From Oscillospiraceae bacterium (lineage in GTDB: Bacteria; Bacillota; Clostridia; Oscillospirales; Butyricicoccaceae): a stretch of 64,000 bases of DNA. A program made the position numbers and the translations under genes. Below the pieces are notes generated by a model. It was not told where the DNA came from. It saw nothing but the letters and a program-made list of their open reading frames with translations, and searched no databases. The stretch's first letter is position 1. Every line of letters begins with the position of its first letter. This document shows positions 43,069 to 51,049 of this stretch, one piece after another. The stretch spans positions 134 through 64,133 of the forward strand of contig SVKW01000001.1 in the NCBI GenBank assembly GCA_015068285.1, given 5' to 3'.

Positions 43069-43345
43069 GGGGAATCACCGTAATTTCAGGCAGAATATTG
43101 GAGGCAAAGGCATCATAAATGACGGTGTATCTGCCTTCGTCCACCATCAGCCCGTAATTTTCCTTGAGATATTCTATGTTGGCAGGGTAAAAGCCCTCGA
43201 TGGCATAGCAGGCGACCGCGCTTTTGTGTATGGCTTTTTCGAGATTTTCAAGCCGCTCGACTTCGAGCCTTTCATCGGCGGTATTCAGCAGTATTCCGAC
43301 TGTAATGATAAGAATTGCCGTAAAAATCAATGTTTTTCTGCTCAT
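43061..43345 (-). CDS. Small membrane-anchored protein of the pilus-like locus
   Basis: 94 aa with an N-terminal TM segment LIFTAILIITVGILL. Confidence 0.55.
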   Translation of the reverse strand: MSRKTLIFTAILIITVGILLNTADERLEVERLENLEKAIHKSAVACYAIEGFYPANIEYLKENYGLMVDEGRYTVIYDAFASNILPEITVIPHE

Positions 43346-43348
43346 TTT

Positions 43349-44395
43349 CTAACCTATTGCCGCCATAGCGCCTGTCAGCGGAAGGAGGACCGAAACTAAA
43401 ATCATGCCGACGATGAGGGCGATTATTCCCACAAGCGCAGGCTCGACAGCGTTTATAAATGCGGTTACGCTGTCTTCAAGCTCGTCTGTGTAGATGCCCG
43501 AAAGCTTTTTCATCGCCTCGTCGAGATTGCCCGTCTGCATTCCGACGGCCGCCATTCGCGTAAACATCAGGGGGAATGCCTCGGTTTTTTCCAAAAATTC
43601 GCCGAAGCTTATGCCGCTTGCCAGATCTGCGCGTAGGCTGTTTAATTTTTCCCCGACCGCCTTGTTTCCCATGATTTCAGCCGACATTGCCACCGCTTCA
43701 TCGAGGCAGGAGCCTGACGATAGGGCGAGGCTCATTGCCGATGAAAAGCGTACTGCTGAGCTTTTTAATGCTATATCCCTGATAAAAGGCAGTTTTACTG
43801 CAATTTTTTCAAGCTTCAACCTGCCTTTTTCGGTTTTTGAATATAAAATTACTGATATTGCGGCAAAAAATACGGCAATTATTATTCCAAAGGCGAAAAA
43901 GCCTGCCCCTTTGCCGAAATCCAGCATTGCCTGCGCCGCAGACGAAACTGTGCCGCCAAGCTGGCTGAATATTCGCCCGAACATGGGCAGGATTCTGAAC
44001 ACCAGCAGGGACACCACCAGCGACATTATGAAAAATAACGCCATGGGGTACATAACCGCCTGTTTCATGCCTGCTCTTATGCGTTTTTCCTTGTCATAAT
44101 GGCATGAAAGGGCGAGAAGCACCTCCTCAAGCCGTCCCGAAGCCTCGCCGAGAGCCACCATATTGCAGGCATATTCGGGAAAACAGCCTGCGTTGCGAAG
44201 GCTTTTTTCAAGGGTATTCTGTTTTTCAATGCTTTCGCCCACAAGGGCAAAGGCTCTTTGCAGTTTTTTGTTTTTCATATCGCTCATACCATCGGAAAAG
44301 AGGGCATACAGAGGCACACCTGCTCTGAGCAGGTATGCCGTCTGCAAACAAAAAAGGGAGATTTCTTCCTCGGTGAGCTGATTTTTATTCTTCAT
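43349..44395 (-). CDS. GspF/PilC-family platform protein
   Basis: Duplicated T2SS-F domains. ATG at 44393-44395 after GAGGAT. Confidence 0.85.
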   Translation of the reverse strand: MKNKNQLTEEEISLFCLQTAYLLRAGVPLYALFSDGMSDMKNKKLQRAFALVGESIEKQNTLEKSLRNAGCFPEYACNMVALGEASGRLEEVLLALSCHYDKEKRIRAGMKQAVMYPMALFFIMSLVVSLLVFRILPMFGRIFSQLGGTVSSAAQAMLDFGKGAGFFAFGIIIAVFFAAISVILYSKTEKGRLKLEKIAVKLPFIRDIALKSSAVRFSSAMSLALSSGSCLDEAVAMSAEIMGNKAVGEKLNSLRADLASGISFGEFLEKTEAFPLMFTRMAAVGMQTGNLDEAMKKLSGIYTDELEDSVTAFINAVEPALVGIIALIVGMILVSVLLPLTGAMAAIG

Positions 44396-44502
44396 TTTAT
44401 CCTCGATATTCCCCCTGCACATTGCCCCTTTCCCTGTATGGCGGAAAGGAAAAACCATAGCTCGGAAAGGGGCTTGTGCATCTTTATCGGTTAGTTTTTA
44501 CC

Positions 44503-45354
44503 CTAATATACGTATTTTATGCTGTAATTTGCTTTATTTGAGATGAATTTTGCTATGTAATCGCTGTTTTTAGCCGACGAAGTAAATGTGGGGTCCATTG
44601 TCGTCCAGCTTTCGCCGTCAAAATAGAGCTTGCCTGTTTTCACCCAGCCGATATCCTCGATATAGACCTCATTCCATGCGTGATAGCCGTTGCTCGGGGC
44701 AACATAGCCTGTCACAAGCTTTGTGGGAATGCCCAGAGAGCGTGTCATTGCCGCCATAACCGCCGCATAGTCAAAGCATATCCCCATCTTATTGGCAACC
44801 ACCATATCCACATCGGGAAGATAGCCGCTTTTGACAGTTTTCGCCTTCTGATGGTCATATTTCATGGCATTCGTCACATAACCATAGACGATATCCACCT
44901 TTTCCAGGTCGGTTTCGGCATCTTTTGTGATTTCGCGGGCTGTTTTTATAACATTGGACTCGTCTGTATAGTTTACATACTGGCTGCTGCGGAGAAAGGG
45001 CGAATGTGGGTTTTCCAGCTTCACATCGACATAAAACGTATTGAGCACGCTGTATTTTGTGCCTGTGATGTTGCGCAGGACACGCAGCTTATACTGCCCG
45101 TCACCCATCTGCAAAGGATAAACCTCGCTTTCGCCGTTATTTTTAAGGTCGTATGTATAACGCTCGCCGTCCTTCTCCGCCATCACCTTGATGCGCTTAT
45201 CTCCGCCGCCCGTATAGCAGGCGGAAAAATAGCCGTCCTTTGCCCCTGCGGCATCAATAGTGGCGCCGTTTGCAGTTTTCGATGTATCTGCGGCGCATAC
45301 AGCCGTGGTCACAGCAAGGCCGAGCGCCAGAATCAATGATATTATCCGTTTCAT
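44503..45354 (-). CDS. Secreted transglutaminase-like cysteine protease-fold protein
   Basis: Signal peptide MKRIISLILALGLAVTTAVCA. Core GICFDYAAVMAAM...GYHAWNEVY (Cys-His-Asp/Asn transglutaminase core). Confidence 0.8.
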   Translation of the reverse strand: MKRIISLILALGLAVTTAVCAADTSKTANGATIDAAGAKDGYFSACYTGGGDKRIKVMAEKDGERYTYDLKNNGESEVYPLQMGDGQYKLRVLRNITGTKYSVLNTFYVDVKLENPHSPFLRSSQYVNYTDESNVIKTAREITKDAETDLEKVDIVYGYVTNAMKYDHQKAKTVKSGYLPDVDMVVANKMGICFDYAAVMAAMTRSLGIPTKLVTGYVAPSNGYHAWNEVYIEDIGWVKTGKLYFDGESWTTMDPTFTSSAKNSDYIAKFISNKANYSIKYVY

Positions 45355-45394
45355 ATCGTACTCCTTTATATAATTATGGTGGGATTGTGCAAAT

Positions 45395-45595
45395 GGGGTG
45401 GAAAGATCCTTCGCTTCGATCAGGATGACAGGCTTTTTTCTTGCCTCCCTCTGACGAGGGAGGGGGACAACGAAGTGGTGGAAGGAGAGAAACCTATCTA
45501 ATCCGTCGGAGACACCGAAACTGTCAACTGTCCACTATCAACTTTCAACTGATGATATCAGGGGTGGAAATTCTTCACATTCGTTCAGAATGACA
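45395..45595. repeat. REP/BIME-like mosaic; contains a 76-nt unit repeated at 47703-47778
   Basis: gatccttcgcttcgatcaggatgaca, then 45442-45517 tgcctccctctgacgagggagggggacaacgaagtggtggaaggagagaaacctatctaatccgtcggagacaccg. Next come aactgtcaactgtccactatcaactttcaact and a second attcttcacattcgttcagaatgaca. Confidence 0.9.
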
Positions 45596-45619
45596 TTGCC
45601 GAAAGGCTTCTGTTTTTCC

Positions 45620-45666
45620 CCATAAAAAATAAGCTGTGACTATATTATAGCAAAATAGTCACAGCT
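45620..45666 (-). terminator. Terminator of the regulator cassette
   Basis: On the minus strand: agctgtgacta-ttttgctataata-tagtcacagct followed by TATTTTTTAT. Confidence 0.7.
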
Positions 45667-45719
45667 CGTCAAGTATTTTAGTCACAAATTATTATTTTAT
45701 GACTTTTATTTAATTTTAT

Positions 45720-46184
45720 TTATGACTTCCACGATGCCAGTTCATCGGTTTCCGAGGCTTCGCCCATAAGCTTCATAAGCTCAAGCTCGCTTCTGAAACG
45801 CTGGGTGACACCCTTTTCGACCCACTGCACAGTGCCCTGCCATGTGGCATTCTGCCTGAACTGCACCTGTACGATAAATGTCGCCTTATCCCCCTTTGGC
45901 TCAGGCTGGGACGCTATCTTCTTTTCTTCCATAAATGCCATCCTCTTTTCGTCATTATTCCTTTTCACGCCGAAAAATGAGCGTATTTCATGTGATGCCT
46001 GCGGAAAATTGCAGTAATCAAACACATTTTCAAGTATTTTCACGAAATCTGCCATGCACGAAACAGCATAGCCCTGCTTTTCCATACCTATATAAAGTCT
46101 GCCCTTAAAATCATAATTTTCCACGCCGTCAAGGCAGAAAACCGAGCGCACAGCCGCGCTGGTGTACTGTGGCTTTTTCACCAT
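45720..46184 (-). CDS. Hypothetical protein, partner of the SARP-like regulator
   Basis: 154 aa with the C-terminal segment ATFIVQVQFRQNATWQGTVQWVEKGVTQRFRSELELMKLM. GGAGGG RBS, 11 nt after the regulator stop. Confidence 0.6.
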   Translation of the reverse strand: MVKKPQYTSAAVRSVFCLDGVENYDFKGRLYIGMEKQGYAVSCMADFVKILENVFDYCNFPQASHEIRSFFGVKRNNDEKRMAFMEEKKIASQPEPKGDKATFIVQVQFRQNATWQGTVQWVEKGVTQRFRSELELMKLMGEASETDELASWKS

Positions 46185-46195
46185 AACACGCCCTC

Positions 46196-47395
46196 CTACA
46201 CAGCAGGCTCTATCGGCGTGACCTTACATTCAAGCGCCACAACACTGCCTCTGTAAACCTCGCTGAAGGCTTTGCGGATACGCTTTACGATAATATCGCT
46301 GTTTTCGTAAGTCACTGTCGGCAGCATTACGATATACTGTGACGGGCTGTAGCGTGAAACCACATCGCCTCGTCTGAGACTGCCCACAAGCACATCTCTG
46401 AGAATGTCCATCATCTGCTCGTTTTTATCCTGCGGCAGGCTTCCGCCCGAAACCGAGGAAACTGTAAACAGCGCAACGAAAATCGACTGTCCGCTTCTCT
46501 CAAGCATTCTTGCTTCTCTGCGGTATACATTCCTGAAAACCTCATATTCGCAGAAAAATGCGCCGCGAATGCCGTTTTCCCCTGCTTTTTCACGCAAATC
46601 GTCCTTGATGTTGAGAATATCGGCTTCGATTGCCTTTACACCCTTGACGATTTCATTGTAAATGGCGCGAAGCTCCTCCGAAGGGATAACGCCAAGCTCG
46701 CTGTAGAAAAGGTCGTTGACATATTCATAATATGCCATAGCCTCCTTTTTCCTGTCCATAGCAAAGAGGGCGCGCATTTTTGAGATGTGACAGCTTTCAA
46801 CAAATGGGTCTATTTTCGCCGCCTTTGTGGCGACAAGGTCGATTTCTTCAAATCTGCCCTCTTTTCTCAACAGCTCACAGCATTTTTCCACGCTGTCGAA
46901 GAAAATGTCCTTGTATTTTACAGCCATCGGCACCGCCCACTTTTCATAGACGCAGTTTTCAAGGAAATCGCCGTTATAAATATCAATGACCTTGCCGTAA
47001 TTTTCGGCTGTCGGCTCATTTTCAGCCTGAGCGTAGGCATTTTCCAGAAGCTCGGTGTCGATAATACACTCGATTTCGTCATTCCAGCGGCAGATGCCTC
47101 GCTTATTGATGATATATTCGCCGTTTTCACCTCTGCCGACAGTATCGAGCAGACCGCGCAGGCGGTATACAAGATTTTTCAGGGCATTATTCGGGTTGTC
47201 AATACCGTCCTCCCAGAGAATCTCCACAAGCTCCTCTGTTGTGACATCGCGGTGACGGTTTGCCAGCAGGTATTTGAGCAGCAGCCAGACCTGCTTTGTA
47301 CGGCTTTTTTCGTCGGTAAGCACATTTCCGTCATACTCCATGGAAAAGGCGCCCAGCATATTTATTTTTATAGGTTGTCTTCTGATTTCTGCCAT
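46196..47395 (-). CDS. SARP-type wHTH plus BTAD regulator with a C-terminal degenerate GGDEF domain
   Basis: N-terminus INMLGAFSMEYDGNVL...LLKYLLANRHRDVTTEELVEILW...LVYRLRGLL (OmpR/SARP wHTH) and a BTAD-like helical region. The C-terminus has ...SLRRGDVVSRYSPSQYIVMLP..., aligning with RxxD-x5-GGDEF. Confidence 0.7.
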   Translation of the reverse strand: MAEIRRQPIKINMLGAFSMEYDGNVLTDEKSRTKQVWLLLKYLLANRHRDVTTEELVEILWEDGIDNPNNALKNLVYRLRGLLDTVGRGENGEYIINKRGICRWNDEIECIIDTELLENAYAQAENEPTAENYGKVIDIYNGDFLENCVYEKWAVPMAVKYKDIFFDSVEKCCELLRKEGRFEEIDLVATKAAKIDPFVESCHISKMRALFAMDRKKEAMAYYEYVNDLFYSELGVIPSEELRAIYNEIVKGVKAIEADILNIKDDLREKAGENGIRGAFFCEYEVFRNVYRREARMLERSGQSIFVALFTVSSVSGGSLPQDKNEQMMDILRDVLVGSLRRGDVVSRYSPSQYIVMLPTVTYENSDIIVKRIRKAFSEVYRGSVVALECKVTPIEPAV

Positions 47396-47439
47396 AAGAC
47401 CTCCATCTGGTCACAAGTTTTTTATGTGCCCTAATTATA

Positions 47440-47496
47440 TCACAGAAAAACCACAAAATCAACTGCGTTTTTCGATTTTGTGACTTTTTCTTGTGA
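47440..47496. promoter_or_regulatory. Imperfect 21-23-nt inverted repeat built from TCACA-type heptads upstream of the regulator
   Basis: TCACAGAAAAACCACAAAATC, 13 nt, GATTTTGTGACTTTTTCTTGTGA. A further TCACAAG lies at 47411-47417. Confidence 0.5.
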
Positions 47497-47530
47497 CCGT
47501 TTTGGAGAAGCGGTGTGATAAATCATATTT

Positions 47531-47952
47531 AGTAAGGCGGAATGTCGAGGGCGCCATTCCCTACAAATAATCCGTGAAACCACTTCGCAGAGGCTGATGC
47601 CCACATCAGCCCGCAGGACGTTGACAAGCACCGTTCCCTGCATGGGATTGTATAAAAGGGAAAGAGATTCTTCACTTCGTTCAGAATGACAGAAAGTTTT
47701 CCTGCCTCCCTCTGACGAGGGAGGGGGACCACGAAGTGGTGGAAGGAGAGAAACCTATCCAATCCGTCGGAGACACCGCACCTCTTCACTTTTACGCGGC
47801 GAGAGCAAGCCCCCGCCCTACAGGACACCTCATCCGTCAGCTTCGCTGACACCTTCCCAAATGGGGTCCCCGACAAGCCTGCTTGTTGGGGTGTGAATCA
47901 AGGGGAAGGCAGAAATAAGATTGTTCGCAGGGGGCGGGCATTGCTCGTCTGC
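47531..47952. repeat. Mosaic of about 0.42 kb made of hairpin modules
   Basis: ggaatg-tcgagggcgc-cattcc-CTACA (47539-47565); ggctgatg-ccca-catcagcc; ggacg-ttgacaagcac-cgttcc-CTGCA; attcttcacttcgttcagaatgaca; the 76-nt unit at 47703-47778; ggcgagagcaagcccccgcc-CTACA; a long type B element; gggcgggcattgctcgtctgc. Confidence 0.9.
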
Positions 47953-47976
47953 TGAGGGATATTGTTATGACAAAAC

Positions 47977-48002
47977 AAAAGCACCTCGGATGAGGTGCTT
48001 TT
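47977..48002 (-). terminator. Terminator of the amidohydrolase gene; exact 26-nt copy at 55805-55830
   Basis: aaaagcacctc-ggat-gaggtgctttt. Confidence 0.75.
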
Positions 48003-48015
48003 AGTTTTACTCTTA

Positions 48016-49281
48016 TTATTCGTAATCGTCGATGATGGAATGCGGAATGCTTTCCTTGCCCTCCTTCATAACGAAGGAGCAATCGAGCAGAGCCTTATCG
48101 TCTGTGAGCAAATCACGCTTCCAGCCTGCAATATCGGCATATTTGCCGGGCTCGATAGTGCCAATCTTATCGGCAAGACCGAGAATTTCAGCATTGACCG
48201 CTGTTGCCGCCCTGAGTGTGCGGAATGGGTCCATGCCGTTGCGAAGCCATGCGGAATATTCTCTGCCGCACTCGTAATTCTGGTAGCCTACAACAAGGTC
48301 TGTGCCATAGCCCAGACGAATCTTGCTGTTTTTGAGGATTTCGCGGCTGTTTACAAGATTTTCTCTGTAATGACGGAGCTTTTTCTGGAATTCAGGGGAT
48401 TTCTGCGCCAGTTTTTCCTCATCGAGAAGAACGATTTCATCGTAAGGGCAGAATGTAGGCACAACATAGACATCCTTTTCTTCGAGAAGGCGTGCCGTTT
48501 CCTCATTGATGAGGGAAGCGTGCTCGATGCCGTCGATACCCATATTTGCAAGGGTTGTGCACAGGTCTGTTGTATAGGCGTGAGCTGTTACTGTTGTGTG
48601 GAGGGAATGTGCTGTGTCGATGATGGCTTTCAGCTCATCGTCGGAAAGCTGCTTGTCCTCAGGGGAGTCATTAGGTGTGAAGAATCCGCCTGTAGCCATG
48701 ATTTTGATATAATCAGCGCCTATCTTAACTTCGTGACGGACTGCATCGCGGAAAAACTCAGCGCCAGAGCCCATTGTTGGGTACTGTGTTTCCATAAAGC
48801 GTGAAAGGGCAGGATTTGTGGCGATTTTCTGTGTGGAGTCGCCGTGAGAGCCGGGCGCACAGATAAAGTGGGGAGCGGCAATCATACGTGAGCCTTCGAT
48901 ATAGCCCATATCAATAGCGCGCTTTACATCGAGGGAATAGTCCTCTCTGAACCAGCCGATGTGGCGGATAGTTGTGAAGCCGCCTGCAAGAGCCTTTCTT
49001 GCACATTCAGCCGCTGCGAGAGCGCGCATACCGTCGGAATAGAAGATTGCGTCCTTGTCTATCTCGCGCCAGTCGAAATAGCTGGCATGGACATGGGCAT
49101 CTATCATGCCCGGTGTGACTGTAAGGTGTGAAAGGTCGATGATTTTGCAGTTTTCAGGGGTTTCGAGATTTTCGCCCACTGCTTCGATGTATTTATCCCT
49201 GATGAGGATTTCCTTGTTAAGCTGAAGCTCGTCACGGATGCCGTCATAGAGCTTGCCGCAGATGATTTTTATATATGACAT
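48016..49281 (-). CDS. Metal-dependent amidohydrolase
   Basis: 421 aa with ...TPGMIDAHVHAS... (HxH metal site) and TIM-barrel amidohydrolase family features. Confidence 0.85.
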   Translation of the reverse strand: MSYIKIICGKLYDGIRDELQLNKEILIRDKYIEAVGENLETPENCKIIDLSHLTVTPGMIDAHVHASYFDWREIDKDAIFYSDGMRALAAAECARKALAGGFTTIRHIGWFREDYSLDVKRAIDMGYIEGSRMIAAPHFICAPGSHGDSTQKIATNPALSRFMETQYPTMGSGAEFFRDAVRHEVKIGADYIKIMATGGFFTPNDSPEDKQLSDDELKAIIDTAHSLHTTVTAHAYTTDLCTTLANMGIDGIEHASLINEETARLLEEKDVYVVPTFCPYDEIVLLDEEKLAQKSPEFQKKLRHYRENLVNSREILKNSKIRLGYGTDLVVGYQNYECGREYSAWLRNGMDPFRTLRAATAVNAEILGLADKIGTIEPGKYADIAGWKRDLLTDDKALLDCSFVMKEGKESIPHSIIDDYE

Positions 49282-49345
49282 GGTTTTTCCTTTCTTTTTG
49301 AATTTGGTGCGATATTTAATTGCAAGCAGGGATTTTATCTGTCTG

Positions 49346-49652
49346 CGGGAGCAGCAAGCGGCTCCCCTACAGATTTTAATAAATGTGGTATGCCTGAGGT
49401 GAGGATTAAATAAGGATTTACCTCTCCGTCACGCAGCAGCGTGCCACCTCTCCTGAAACAGGAGAGGCAAGTGAGATAGTACTAACCACAGGAGATCCTT
49501 CACTGCGTTCAGGATGACATATAGAGTTGTAGCGGGAGCAGCAAGCGGTCCCCCTACGGATTTTGATAAATGTGGTATGGATTAAATAAGGCGGAATGTC
49601 GAGGACGCCATTCCCTACAAAATCCCCCTTGCCTCCCTCGTCGGAGGGAGGC
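49346..49652. repeat. REP/BIME-like mosaic with an internal direct repeat of about 60 nt
   Basis: gggagc-agcaagcg-gctccc-CTACAgattttaataaatgtggtatg...gattaaataagg (from 49347) is repeated from 49534. Also ttacctctccgtcac-gcagca-gcgtgccacctctcc-tgaaaca-ggagagg, gatccttcactgcgttcaggatgaca, ggaatg-tcgaggacgc-cattcc-CTACA and cctccc-tcgtcgga-gggagg. Confidence 0.9.
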
Positions 49653-49724
49653 GAGAAATGATTATATGTAGTCCACAAGACAACAAAAGGACAGCGTTTT
49701 GATACGCTGTCCTCATGGTTTATC

Positions 49725-50285
49725 TTATTTTACGATTTCCTTCTTGTACTTTGCCTTGCCGTCTCTGAAAATGTTGCCGCCGTGGCAGTCGATAGCGCAG
49801 ATGAGAGGCATATCCTTAACTGTGAACTTCTTTACAGATTCGCAGCCGAGATCGTGATATGCTACAACTTCCAGTTCCTTAACTGCTTCAGCAACGACAG
49901 CCGCTGCACCGCCGATAGCGCAGAAGTATACAGAGCCGTTTCTGATGATAGCATCGACAGTAGCCTGATTTCTTTCGCCCTTACCGATCATTGCGCCGAG
50001 ACCGAGGTCGAGAAGGCGTGGGGAGAATGGGTCCATACGGCTCGATGTTGTAGGACCGCAGGAGCCGACCACTTCGCCAGGCTTTGCTTCTGTTGGACCT
50101 GCATAGTAAATGATAGAGCCGTCGATAGGATATGGAGTCTGCTCGCCGTTGTCAAGAGCTGCCATAATGCGCTTGTGAGCCGCGTCACGGGATGTGTAGA
50201 TTGTACCTGTAAGCTCGATAGCGTCGCCTGCCTTGAGAGTCTTTGCTGCTTCTTTGATGTCCGCTGTGTTTATCTTGATAGCCAT
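49725..50285 (-). CDS. Fe-S hydro-lyase beta subunit (class I fumarate hydratase / tartrate dehydratase beta type)
   Basis: 186 aa, ...GTIYTSRDAAHKR...YYAGPT...GPTTSSRMD... TAATG overlap with the upstream ORF. Confidence 0.85.
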   Translation of the reverse strand: MAIKINTADIKEAAKTLKAGDAIELTGTIYTSRDAAHKRIMAALDNGEQTPYPIDGSIIYYAGPTEAKPGEVVGSCGPTTSSRMDPFSPRLLDLGLGAMIGKGERNQATVDAIIRNGSVYFCAIGGAAAVVAEAVKELEVVAYHDLGCESVKKFTVKDMPLICAIDCHGGNIFRDGKAKYKKEIVK

Positions 50286-51049
50286 TAGATCTTATCTCCT
50301 ATTCTTTTTACTCTTTCTAATATATCTTTAATTGATATTTTTTTACTTTCGTTTTCCCTTGTTTCCTCTGCTCTGACAGAATTTGCAAGGTCATTAAAGT
50401 CTGTGGCAAGACCGTTTATCTTGTCCTTTAAGCTTTCCCAGACTTCTTCTGTGTTTTCCTCGATCTTCATTGCGGGAACAACAACAGTTTTTGTTTTTAT
50501 CTGCGCCTCAAGCTGGGCATTTCTCGCTCTGAGCGCTTCGATCTCAGCCTGATAGGAGCTGACGTCGATTTTACCGATGCTCTTTTCACGCTCAAGGGCA
50601 AGGGCAAGGACTTTATTTTCATTTTCAAGCCCTTCGATTTTCTCGTTTACCGATTTTTCTTTATTTATGTAGTCGTTGAGCTGAGCCTTGATGCTCTTGA
50701 TGCTTTCAAAAAGCTCATTCTTCTCATTCTGAAGCTTTTCATTTGATTCACCCAGCGCCTTGTTTTCGTTATTCAGGTCTTCAAGCTCAAGGGCAAGGCT
50801 TTCCTTTTCGTTTTTCAAAGCCTCAACCGTATCTGTCAGCGAATTGACAGATTCCTGAAGCTCGGCTTTCGCCGTTTCAACGGCGTTGTCACGCTCGTTT
50901 ATAAGCTTTTCGTTTTCCTCCTGAAGCTGGGTGTACTTTTCCTTTTCTTCCTCAAGAGCCGCCTTCTGCTTATCGACAAGATTATCAATATAAGCGATGA
51001 CCTGCTCCTTGCTGAAGCCCATCAGGGATTTTTTAAAAATCTTTCCCAA
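50285..51049 (-). CDS. Coiled-coil protein with a DivIVA-like N-terminus
   Basis: N-terminus ...FKKSLMGFSKEQVIAYIDNL..., then about 200 aa of heptad-rich E/K/L/N sequence. TTG start directly after the upstream stop. Confidence 0.65.
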   Translation of the reverse strand: MGKIFKKSLMGFSKEQVIAYIDNLVDKQKAALEEEKEKYTQLQEENEKLINERDNAVETAKAELQESVNSLTDTVEALKNEKESLALELEDLNNENKALGESNEKLQNEKNELFESIKSIKAQLNDYINKEKSVNEKIEGLENENKVLALALEREKSIGKIDVSSYQAEIEALRARNAQLEAQIKTKTVVVPAMKIEENTEEVWESLKDKINGLATDFNDLANSVRAEETRENESKKISIKDILERVKRIGDKI

